A DNA stretch of 32,877 nucleotides, taken from assembly GCA_024275095.1 (NCBI GenBank), contig JAJRZV010000075.1:1-32877 (forward strand). Reading direction: 5' to 3'. Every line of letters begins with the position of its first letter. The stretch's first letter is position 1. The translations under genes were made by a program, and so were the position numbers. Below are positions 8,985 to 17,160 of this stretch, piece after piece. The notes under the pieces are model-generated. The model worked only from the letters and a program-made list of their open reading frames with translations. It did not search any database and was not told the DNA's origin. This stretch comes from a bacterium (lineage in GTDB: Bacteria; JAJRZV01).

Positions 8985-10198
8985 TGGACCTTTTCCGCGT
9001 AAATTTCCTTTACCGTTCTGCTGTTTTTCATGGATTCAATGCGGAACTTCCAGGTTTTATAGGTGAATTCATCGCCCTCTGAAGGAATACGTCCAAGTAC
9101 ATGCATGGCAAAACCCGAGACTGTTTCAAAGTCTCCCGTGGGCAGCTCTATGCCGTATTTCCTGAGCAACTCGATTTTTGCATCTCCCTGGATGAGGTAA
9201 CCCTTTTTCTTTTTTTTCACCAGCTTACCTTCACCAATCTGGGCCATGCGGCTGAAAAGGGTGTAAATGATATCTCCCAGGGTAATGATGCCTGTATAGG
9301 TACCGAACTCATCCACGACGATCGCTATATGGGTTTTCATGCGGCGGAAGTCTTCCAGAAGGCTGATAACCTTTTTTACTTCCGGTACAAAGTAGGGTTT
9401 TTTCAGCAGGACATGCCAGTTTTTTTCTCCACTACCGTGCCATGAGGCAAAATCTTTAAGATAGAGAATACCCACGATGTTGTCGGGTCTGTTCTGGAAG
9501 ACAGGAAAGCGCGAATGAGAGAAGGCTTTAAGGGTAGCCTCTACTTCCTCGCTCGTGAGTTCATAACTGAGCATTTCCACATCTTTTTTGGGCGTCATGA
9601 TGTCAGAGCACCGGATCCTGTCGAGTTGAAGCACCTGCATGAGAATTTCCATTTCTTCCTTGTCAATGGCACCCGCCTGAGTTCCTTCTTTCAGGAGGAG
9701 CATGATGTCCTTTTCACTCATGCCGGGCGTGCTTGCCGTTTCGCGGATTCTTCTGGGTATGATGTAGGAGGCCCATGTGGTGAGTACGTAAAATGGATAG
9801 GCCAGCCTGGAGAATACATAGAGCACCGGGGCTGCTGCGGTGGCATAGGCTTCTGGATTGCGGAAAGCGAGTTTGCGAGGAAGAACTTCTGCCAGCAGAA
9901 GTACCAGCAGGAGCGTTACTGCTGCTGCTATCCATTCTCCGTTGTATCCCAGGAGGATAATTCCAATGGAAGCACCAATAGCGCTGAGCGTGGAGTTGGC
10001 GAGGTCATTGCCCGTAAATATTGTTACCAGTAGTTTTTTGGGATCGCTCATGAGGGTGCGTATGAAGTGATTTTCACTGAGCATTTTGCTGGAGACACGC
10101 CTGAGGGAGAAAAGCGCGGCTTCTGCACCTGAAAAGAACGCTGACAGGAGCAACAGGAAAATTGCCAGGGCAAGCCGAATGTAGACAGCTTCACTCAC
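8981..10198 (-). CDS. Second CNNM/CorC-family (DUF21-CBS-CorC_HlyC) membrane protein
   Basis: FFSGAEAALFSL, AEVLPR, DIMTP, HSRFPV, IVVDEFG, ETVSGF. Start placed at GTG 10198 behind an AGGAG RBS (ORF track start 10216). Confidence 0.92.
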   Translation of the reverse strand: MSEAVYIRLALAIFLLLLSAFFSGAEAALFSLRRVSSKMLSENHFIRTLMSDPKKLLVTIFTGNDLANSTLSAIGASIGIILLGYNGEWIAAAVTLLLVLLLAEVLPRKLAFRNPEAYATAAAPVLYVFSRLAYPFYVLTTWASYIIPRRIRETASTPGMSEKDIMLLLKEGTQAGAIDKEEMEILMQVLQLDRIRCSDIMTPKKDVEMLSYELTSEEVEATLKAFSHSRFPVFQNRPDNIVGILYLKDFASWHGSGEKNWHVLLKKPYFVPEVKKVISLLEDFRRMKTHIAIVVDEFGTYTGIITLGDIIYTLFSRMAQIGEGKLVKKKKKGYLIQGDAKIELLRKYGIELPTGDFETVSGFAMHVLGRIPSEGDEFTYKTWKFRIESMKNSRTVKEIYAEKVQ

Positions 10199-11249
10199 CG
10201 GGCTGCTCCTGCCCAAACCGAAATGAGTGCAGAAACCCTTTGGGGCGCGCGAATTTTACAGGATGACTTTCAAAAAAGATTTGTATCCCCGAGCCTTTTA
10301 CAACTTCGCCTATTTCCATGAATTTGGCAATCTTTTTTATTTCAAGGGCCTTACCCGGTGGAGCGGTTATCATCAGGCGGTAGTCTTCTCCTCCCCACAA
10401 GAACATATCAACGGGTGTGATGTCGAGTTTTTTGCATGCCTGAACAAATATACGCGGGAACATCTGTCCGGTAAGATCGAGAATAATTTTTACTCCAGAT
10501 GCTTTTGCAAGATGATATGCAGATTCCACAAGGCTATCGCTTGTATCAATACATGCGATACGTGTAATTTTCATGCGCGCGATGCGGTGGGCGAGGGTGA
10601 ATTCAGGTCCGGGCATGAGAAAGTGCTTTTCCAGTGAAGTCAACCTTCTTGGGAAGGGAAGTCCTTGTCTTCTCTTTATGAGCTCGAGCCCAAGAGCAGC
10701 CAGTCCTGTGGGTCCTGAAATAAGGACTTTATCACCGGGCTTTGCGTTGGATCGCATAAAAGGTTTGGAGTAAGGTTGGCCGAATACCGTGAAGTTCAAG
10801 ATGAAACCTTCGGAAGAAGCAATAATGTCACCTCCTCCCAGAGGTACATGGTAGCGAATGGAGCATTTATAAATTCCGTCAATTAAATCCTTTGTATCCC
10901 GTTCCTCAGCATTTTGAGGTATTCCGAGCGTAAAGAAGAACCCCAGGGGTCTGCAACCACACGCGGCAAGATCACTGAGAGCCCCGGCAAGAGCCCGATA
11001 CCCTGCATATTTAAGAGGGAAAAGGTCTCTGCGGAAGTGAACTCCTTCTGCCGAACCGTCAGTGGATATGAAAAATTTTCCTTTGAGAAAGAGTCCGGAA
11101 CTGTCATCCCCAATCCATGGGGAGAAGTGTTTTTTCCACCGACGAAATCGCCTTTTTATGTATTGAATTAAACGTGTTTCTGATGTGTTCAGTGTTTCCA
11201 AAGCTTCAGGAACGTCCTGCTGCCACGCTGGCTTCTGTTTCTTCAGCAA
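10191..11249 (-). CDS. thiL: Thiamine-monophosphate kinase ThiL
   Basis: IGDD, STD...EGVHF, LSDLAACG, GGGD, RSNAKPGD, CIDTSDSL, GGEDYRL. The true start may be the TTG at 11201, just after the lon stop. Confidence 0.92.
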   Translation of the reverse strand: MLKKQKPAWQQDVPEALETLNTSETRLIQYIKRRFRRWKKHFSPWIGDDSSGLFLKGKFFISTDGSAEGVHFRRDLFPLKYAGYRALAGALSDLAACGCRPLGFFFTLGIPQNAEERDTKDLIDGIYKCSIRYHVPLGGGDIIASSEGFILNFTVFGQPYSKPFMRSNAKPGDKVLISGPTGLAALGLELIKRRQGLPFPRRLTSLEKHFLMPGPEFTLAHRIARMKITRIACIDTSDSLVESAYHLAKASGVKIILDLTGQMFPRIFVQACKKLDITPVDMFLWGGEDYRLMITAPPGKALEIKKIAKFMEIGEVVKGSGIQIFFESHPVKFARPKGFLHSFRFGQEQPGE

Positions 11250-13590
11250 GAGATATTCGAACAGCTTCTTCTATGCTGCGGATAAAGTGAAACTGCATTT
11301 TTCGTTTTACGTAGGGAGGTAACTCCTGCACCTCACCCTGGTTAGGAGCAGGTAATACTACTTCTTTAATCCCGTACCTGAGAGCACCCAGTACCTTTTC
11401 TTTAATTCCCCCAACCGGAAGTATTTTACCAGTAACAGTAACTTCACCTGTCATGGCTACATCTTTGCGGACCCTCGTGTTTTTGAAAGCAGAAATAATG
11501 GCCACTGCAATGGTTACTCCTGCACTGGGGCCATCTTTGGGAATTGCTCCTGCTGGAACATGTACGTGTATGTCCGTTGTGTTAAACAGATTTTCGTCAA
11601 TATCGAAATCACCAGAGCGTGCACGTGCAAAACTCAAAGCTGCCCTTGCCGATTCCTTCATGATCTCTCCCAGATGTCCGGTGAGAATGAGGTTGCCCTT
11701 GCCACCTTTCATGAGAACACACTCCACCTTGAGTACTTCGCCTCCATAAGGAGTCCAGGCGAGTCCAAGGGCGACTCCCACTTCTTCATTACCCAGTTCT
11801 GTTTCCGGCTGATACTGCTCATTACCCAGGAACCGGCGGATACTCTGCTTTTTAATAATTACGGGAAGCTGGCGTTTCTTCTCCACAATTTCCACTGCCA
11901 CCTTTCTCAAGACAGAAGCAATGTTTCTTTCGAGATTTCGAAGCCCTGCTTCTCGAGTATAGCCGCGGATGATTTGAACGATGGCGTCATCCGTAAACTT
12001 TACTTTTTCTACGTCGAGGCCATTTTCTTTACACTGGCGGGGTATGAGATATTTTTTTGCGATGTTCACCTTTTCTTCTTCGGTGTAGCCGGGAAGGTAG
12101 ATGACCTCCAGGCGGTCAATGAGTGCGGGGGGGATGGTGTCGGTGATGTTGGCTGTGCATATAAACATCACTCGTGAGAGGTCATAAGGTAGATTAATGT
12201 AATGGTCTACGAAGTTGAAGTTTTGCTCAGGGTCAAGCACTTCCAGAAGAGCAGAGGATGGATCACCGCGGAAGTCCATCCCGAGCTTGTCAACCTCATC
12301 CAGCATAAACACGGGATTGCTGGTTTTTGCCTGGCGGATGCCCTGGATAATTTTTCCAGGCATGGCTCCCACGTATGTGCGCCTGTGACCCCGGATTTCC
12401 GCCTCGTCGCGCACACCCCCGAGACTGACACGAACGAATTCCCTCCCGAGTGCGCGTGCTATGGACTTTCCGAGTGAAGTTTTCCCTACACCGGGTGGGC
12501 CCACAAAGCAAAGGATAGGTCCCTTGTGATCTGGTTTTAACGTTTTGACTGCCAGAAACTCAATGATTCTTTCTTTGACCTTTTCCAGGTCATAATGGTC
12601 CTCGTCCAGTATTTTGCGTGCTCGTGAAATATCCAGATTATCTGTGCTGTATTTTTGCCACGGTAGCTCCAGGAGCCAGTCCAGATAAGTCCGCACCACA
12701 GAGGCTTCTGCTGAATCAGGATGCATGTTTTGAAGTCTCTTAAGCTGTTTAAAAGCTTCTTCCTTGACCTGCTCGGGCATGAGAGCTTCTTCTATGCGCT
12801 TTTGCAGTTCCTGAATTTCTTTTTCACGGTCATCCAGTTCTCCGAGTTCTGACTTGATAGCTTTAAGTTGTTCCCGCAGAAAATATTCTTTTTGTGCTTT
12901 GTCTATAACCTGTTTGGCCTGCTCCTCAATTTTTTGTTTCACCTTGAGAAGTTCGAGTTCACGTGCCAGGTATTTGTTGACCGTGGTGAGCCTTTTTACA
13001 GGGTCTGTTTCTTCAAGTATCGCCTGAGCCTCTTCCACTTTTAGATTCAGATTGGATGCGATAAGATCTGCCAGGCGGCCTACTTCCTGGATGTTTTCAA
13101 GCATTGATATGAATTCCGGAGGTACTACTTTGGTTATTTGTACAATTTCGTTTACCAGTTCAAGCGTAGCCCTTTTCAGAGCTTCCAGGTGAATATCAAA
13201 TTTGGGTTGCTCACCTTCCTCAAGAAGTTGAATTTTAGAGAGTATGAAAGGTTCCCACTGGGTTACTTCTACAAGGCGCGCACGCTTCAGCCCCTGAACC
13301 AGGGTCTTGAGTGTCCCGTCAGGCATTTTGATCATGCGCAGAACACTTACTACAACTCCCACTGTGAATAAATCATCCTGCCGTGGATTCTCCACCTCAC
13401 TCTGTTTCTGAGCTACCATAAAAAGCAGGCGGTTATTTTTGAGAGCTTCATCCACTGCTTTTACAGATGTAGGCCTTCCAATCATCAAGGGGGAGATGGC
13501 GAAAGGCAGAAGCACCATGTCTCGAAGAGGTACGGTGGGAAGCAGCTCTGGAATTCTGATTTGTTCGTGGCCGGTAACTTCTCCGTTCAT
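11206..13590 (-). CDS. lon: ATP-dependent protease La (LonA)
   Basis: N-terminal PLRDMV, Walker A GPPGVGKTS, RGHRRTYVGAMPG, LDEVDK, catalytic PKDGPSAG and GGIKEK. Confidence 0.98.
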   Translation of the reverse strand: MNGEVTGHEQIRIPELLPTVPLRDMVLLPFAISPLMIGRPTSVKAVDEALKNNRLLFMVAQKQSEVENPRQDDLFTVGVVVSVLRMIKMPDGTLKTLVQGLKRARLVEVTQWEPFILSKIQLLEEGEQPKFDIHLEALKRATLELVNEIVQITKVVPPEFISMLENIQEVGRLADLIASNLNLKVEEAQAILEETDPVKRLTTVNKYLARELELLKVKQKIEEQAKQVIDKAQKEYFLREQLKAIKSELGELDDREKEIQELQKRIEEALMPEQVKEEAFKQLKRLQNMHPDSAEASVVRTYLDWLLELPWQKYSTDNLDISRARKILDEDHYDLEKVKERIIEFLAVKTLKPDHKGPILCFVGPPGVGKTSLGKSIARALGREFVRVSLGGVRDEAEIRGHRRTYVGAMPGKIIQGIRQAKTSNPVFMLDEVDKLGMDFRGDPSSALLEVLDPEQNFNFVDHYINLPYDLSRVMFICTANITDTIPPALIDRLEVIYLPGYTEEEKVNIAKKYLIPRQCKENGLDVEKVKFTDDAIVQIIRGYTREAGLRNLERNIASVLRKVAVEIVEKKRQLPVIIKKQSIRRFLGNEQYQPETELGNEEVGVALGLAWTPYGGEVLKVECVLMKGGKGNLILTGHLGEIMKESARAALSFARARSGDFDIDENLFNTTDIHVHVPAGAIPKDGPSAGVTIAVAIISAFKNTRVRKDVAMTGEVTVTGKILPVGGIKEKVLGALRYGIKEVVLPAPNQGEVQELPPYVKRKMQFHFIRSIEEAVRISLAEETEASVAAGRS

Positions 13591-14048
13591 TCTGATTCCT
13601 CTGAAATGATAGGTATGTTGTATACAGGTCGACGGCGTTCCTGAATTTTTTGCAGCTTCACCTTTAACACGCCGTTTTTTAAAATTGCTTTGGCATCTCT
13701 CATGTTACAGGGCGTAGGTACTTCGACCACTCGGCGAAACCTGCCAAAGTGTCGTTCGGCCCTGAGGTAACGAAAGTTTGCTGATGGATCAAGTTTCTCA
13801 TTTGTTTTAAAGCCTTCTACTATAACCGTGTTTCCTGTTGTGTAGACTCGTAATTTTTCTACCTTGACCCCCGGAATTTCGAACAAAAGAACAACATGAT
13901 CTTCTGTCTCGTATACATCTGTTTCCGGGAAAAGAATAATATCCTCTGCCTCGGCATCGTGGGGCCTGTAGCCGAAAAGACGTTCAAAAAGTCTTTCGAT
14001 TTCTTCCTGAAGAAGAGCCATCTGTTCAAGGATCATATTTCGCTTCAT
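13587..14048 (-). CDS. Small heat-shock protein (Hsp20/alpha-crystallin family)
   Basis: PETDVYET, EIPGV, ERHFGRFRR, AILKNGVLKV, C-terminal IPI motif; ATGA overlap with lon. Confidence 0.95.
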   Translation of the reverse strand: MKRNMILEQMALLQEEIERLFERLFGYRPHDAEAEDIILFPETDVYETEDHVVLLFEIPGVKVEKLRVYTTGNTVIVEGFKTNEKLDPSANFRYLRAERHFGRFRRVVEVPTPCNMRDAKAILKNGVLKVKLQKIQERRRPVYNIPIISEESE

Positions 14049-14057
14049 GACAATGTA

Positions 14058-14089
14058 ATTATGGGGTGAGTTTAGGTTTCTATCAAGGG
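14058..14089 (-). promoter_or_regulatory. Putative sigma32 (RpoH)-like promoter of hsp20-lon; also fits sigma70 spacing
   Basis: Minus strand reads CCCTTGATA-gaaacctaaactca-CCCCATAAT. This matches CTTGAA-N-CCCCATnT and also TTGATA-N17-CATAAT, and ends 9 nt before the hsp20 ATG. Confidence 0.7.
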
Positions 14090-14301
14090 TTTGGTTTGTA
14101 TTCCTTATTTAAAAGAGATTTAAACTGGGTACTGTGGGACAAAAATTAAGAAATTTCCAGTGGATATAGATCAGGAGAGAAATGCTTGCTTGTGGTCAAA
14201 AAAGTAAAACAATGCTTAATTTGGCTTTTGTGCTGAAAGGAAAGATGTTATAGTCCCGCACGACAAATTAAAACAAACGTTTAATATTTACGGCCTCTAC
14301 A

Positions 14302-15219
14302 GTGAAGAGATTGTTCAGACATGTAAGCCAGAACCTTATTCTATGGGTTATTGTATGGAGTGTTGCAGCCTATTCTTATCCCCGTCCGTTTATTTCGATA
14401 AAGCCTTACCTCGAGTATTTTTTCACCCTCACCATGTTATGCGTTGGTTTGCTGCTCAATCCACAACATGTGAGGATGCTATCTCAGAATCCTCAGAGGG
14501 TAGGTGTGGGCACGTTGCTGCAGTTTACAATTATGCCTGCAACTGTTTTTAGTGTATCTATTTTCTTCGATGATCCTCTGGTAAAAACAGGAATTATTCT
14601 CACCGGCTGTGTTCCTGGTGCAATGGCGAGTAATCTGATGAGTGCCCTTGCAGAAGCGGATGTGGCTCTTTCTGTATCAATAACGACCCTGTCCACACTC
14701 TTATCGCCTCTGGTTACACCGTTTTTGCTTTACGTTATGGCAGGCAGCATGGTGAAGATTAATTTTTCAGCGATGTGTGTAAAACTTATGTGGATGGTTG
14801 TTCTCCCTGTTATAGCAGGGTACATTTTAAGGCTGAGAAGGGGAGAGTGGGCATTGCGCGGAAAGGATTATTTTTCTGGAATTGCCGGGCTTGCCATTGT
14901 GGTTATCGTGGCCATCGTTGTGGCCAGCAATTCTGGTCATCTGAAGATGAACCATCTGGGTATTGTGCTGGCACTACTTGTGCCCAACATTATTGGATAT
15001 GCAGCAGGTTTTGGTTTTGCGTCGCTTTTCGGCTGGCCGAGCTCACAACGTAGAACAGTGTCTCTGGAAGTAGGAATGCAAAACGCAGGACTCGGGACCG
15101 TCCTTGCGCTGGGTTACTTTGGGGATAAAGCAGCGATACCCCCTGCTATATATACCGTACTGTGTCTTGTAACATCATCGCTGCTGGTTACGTACTGGGA
15201 GAGGGCTGATTTGCCCTGA
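14302..15219 (+). CDS. Bile acid:sodium symporter (BASS/SBF) family transporter, PanS-like
   Basis: LLQFTIMP, GCVPGAMASN, ADVALSVSITTLSTLLSP, SLEVGMQNAGLG; many TM helices. The substrate cannot be assigned from sequence. Confidence 0.92.
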   Translation: MKRLFRHVSQNLILWVIVWSVAAYSYPRPFISIKPYLEYFFTLTMLCVGLLLNPQHVRMLSQNPQRVGVGTLLQFTIMPATVFSVSIFFDDPLVKTGIILTGCVPGAMASNLMSALAEADVALSVSITTLSTLLSPLVTPFLLYVMAGSMVKINFSAMCVKLMWMVVLPVIAGYILRLRRGEWALRGKDYFSGIAGLAIVVIVAIVVASNSGHLKMNHLGIVLALLVPNIIGYAAGFGFASLFGWPSSQRRTVSLEVGMQNAGLGTVLALGYFGDKAAIPPAIYTVLCLVTSSLLVTYWERADLP

Positions 15220-15301
15220 CCTCAACTTCCTTTGAGTTCCAAATCGGAAATCGCGGGTGCACATGCTTCTCGTTTTTTTGTTGGGTTTTGGGATATGAAT
15301 G

Positions 15302-16783
15302 TCAAATGTTGAGACCAGACCCCGAAGCGTGGAGGGCGAGCGTCATGATGGTTTGTTGTGGGTTGATGGCTGTTGAAGTGGGTAGCACGCTTCCGTCGAC
15401 GATAAAGAGTCCTTTTATTCCGTGAAATTCGCAGAACTGGTTTACCACCGAGTTTTCAGGCGATGTGCCCATTCTGCACGTACCAAGGGGGTGAAGACTT
15501 CCACCGAGCATGAATTTTCTTTTTTCAAACAGCGTGTCTATTTTGTCCAGTTCTTTTTCGCTTTTTAACGTGAGTCCTCCGATGTGTACAGGAAATACTT
15601 TCTTTGCTCCCGCGGCAAAATATATCTGGCACAGAATCTTCAACGCCTTTCTCATCTTTTCTATGTCAGATTGGAGAAGTTTGTAGGAGACCAGAGGCAG
15701 ACCGCCCGGCATTACCCTCACACGCCCCTCGGATGTATCACTGATGAGAGCTCCCGCATCTGTAAAACGGATATATTCCTGCATGTTTCTCTGATGCTCG
15801 ATGCCACATCCTGGAACGAGCATTCCACCGATCGGAGGAGGCACCGCACCCACAAGAAAGATAATGCCTTCGTGGAGGTATTCATCTGAGTAATAACTCT
15901 GGGGAACACCCTTCCAGCATTCAATTTCCTCATCAAAGATGGCACCGGCCACCACTCCTGGATGAAGATGCAGGTGGCGTCCAATGTGGGGATTTCGCAG
16001 TCCGCTTTTTACCAGTATCACGGGAGTCCATATGGCCCCGGCAGCCAGGCCCACGACAGGAGCCGTAACTTTAAATTTTGTACCCTTCATTTTTCCTCGC
16101 ATAAAAGTGCCTCTCACACCCTTGACCTTCCCTTTTTCTATTTCCACACGTTCAACATTTGCTCCCGTGTAAACTTCTCCGCCGAGAGCCTGAACTCTTG
16201 GTATGAACGAAAGGTGCGGGGCTTTCTTGGCGTTCAGAGGACATCCAATGACACAACTGCCACAACCCCTGCATCCTGCTGCATTCCTTTTCACCGGCCC
16301 CCCGGAAAATCCCAGTGCTTTGATGCCCCTTTCGAATATTATGCCGCTTTTGCCCATTGCATCACGGGATACAGGTTCTATTGGGAGGAACTCCTCGAGT
16401 TTACGTGAAAGTTTATCCACGTAATCAGGGGTAAATACTTCGAGCCCGTCCTCTCTCCATTTCTGAATTACGTGGTCAGGCGGTCTGAAACATGTACCCG
16501 CGTTCATTGCGGCCGAGCCACCGAGGCAACTCGCATAAAGAATGGGAATGGCAGGTGTGCTCAGTGCCAGGGAAACACGGAATGGCTGGTACTGGTTTAT
16601 GACTCTCAGGGCACCTTCCACAGGGTCCTCGTTTTCTTCAAGTTTTGCAACGGGCAGTCCCTTTTCCAGGATGATAACCTTTTTCCCTGCTTCGGCCAGT
16701 CCCCATGCGAATGCTCCACCACCGGCACCAGAGCCTATCACGCAGGCGTCCGCCTTGATATGCATTTCCTTCAACTGGCACAC
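15302..16783 (-). CDS. GMC-family FAD oxidoreductase (long-chain alcohol oxidase / sugar dehydrogenase-like)
   Basis: VIGSGAGG FAD-binding motif, LGGSAAMNAG, AAGAIWTP, HPLGTCRMG, DGSVLPTS..INPQ.TI; Cys motif CRGCGSCVIGCP. Confidence 0.92.
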   Translation of the reverse strand: MCQLKEMHIKADACVIGSGAGGGAFAWGLAEAGKKVIILEKGLPVAKLEENEDPVEGALRVINQYQPFRVSLALSTPAIPILYASCLGGSAAMNAGTCFRPPDHVIQKWREDGLEVFTPDYVDKLSRKLEEFLPIEPVSRDAMGKSGIIFERGIKALGFSGGPVKRNAAGCRGCGSCVIGCPLNAKKAPHLSFIPRVQALGGEVYTGANVERVEIEKGKVKGVRGTFMRGKMKGTKFKVTAPVVGLAAGAIWTPVILVKSGLRNPHIGRHLHLHPGVVAGAIFDEEIECWKGVPQSYYSDEYLHEGIIFLVGAVPPPIGGMLVPGCGIEHQRNMQEYIRFTDAGALISDTSEGRVRVMPGGLPLVSYKLLQSDIEKMRKALKILCQIYFAAGAKKVFPVHIGGLTLKSEKELDKIDTLFEKRKFMLGGSLHPLGTCRMGTSPENSVVNQFCEFHGIKGLFIVDGSVLPTSTAINPQQTIMTLALHASGSGLNI

Positions 16784-17160
16784 CCCGGCGTGTATTTGGT
16801 GATTCCACGGCTTTGCGGAGAGGAGTAGAGCGTACCCACAGCAATAAGTTTTGCAAGAATAAAGAGCAGGCGTCCAAAGGCAAATCTGTGATTTTCCAGG
16901 CGACTGAGCACCCGGATGCGTTTTTCAGGGCTGAGCAGGTGAAACGGTCTGAAAGTTAATGCTACAGCTGGAAGTATCAGGTTGAGCACGAGTAGAGCGA
17001 TTTTGAGTCCCAGGGCACCTCCACGAAACTCTTTCAGCGCGGTAATGACACGCGTGTAAAGAGGTTCTTCAGGATCTTCATTTTTCCACTCAGGAGCAAA
17101 GGATTCGATGAGTGCATAAAATATTTTTTGTGTCAGTGTCAAAGTTCTACGAATCCCCAC
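16771..17160 (-). CDS. Small helical protein, probable partner or split N-terminal domain of the GMC oxidoreductase
   Basis: Overlaps both neighbours. PFHLLSPEKRIRVL...GRLLFILAKL...LYS recalls the N-terminal helical region of long-chain alcohol oxidases and the small subunits of FAD sugar dehydrogenases. Confidence 0.65.
   Translation of the reverse strand: MGIRRTLTLTQKIFYALIESFAPEWKNEDPEEPLYTRVITALKEFRGGALGLKIALLVLNLILPAVALTFRPFHLLSPEKRIRVLSRLENHRFAFGRLLFILAKLIAVGTLYSSPQSRGITKYTPGCAS

Noticed and set aside
14049-14301. Searched for CIRCE or HAIR operators upstream of hsp20-lon, and for a promoter for the BASS gene
   Set aside because: No matching inverted repeat. A TGTTATAGT extended -10 at 14246-14254 is possible but lacks a convincing -35.
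15220-15301. Possible terminator between the convergent BASS and GMC genes (T-run near 15273)
   Set aside because: The preceding stem is too imperfect to call
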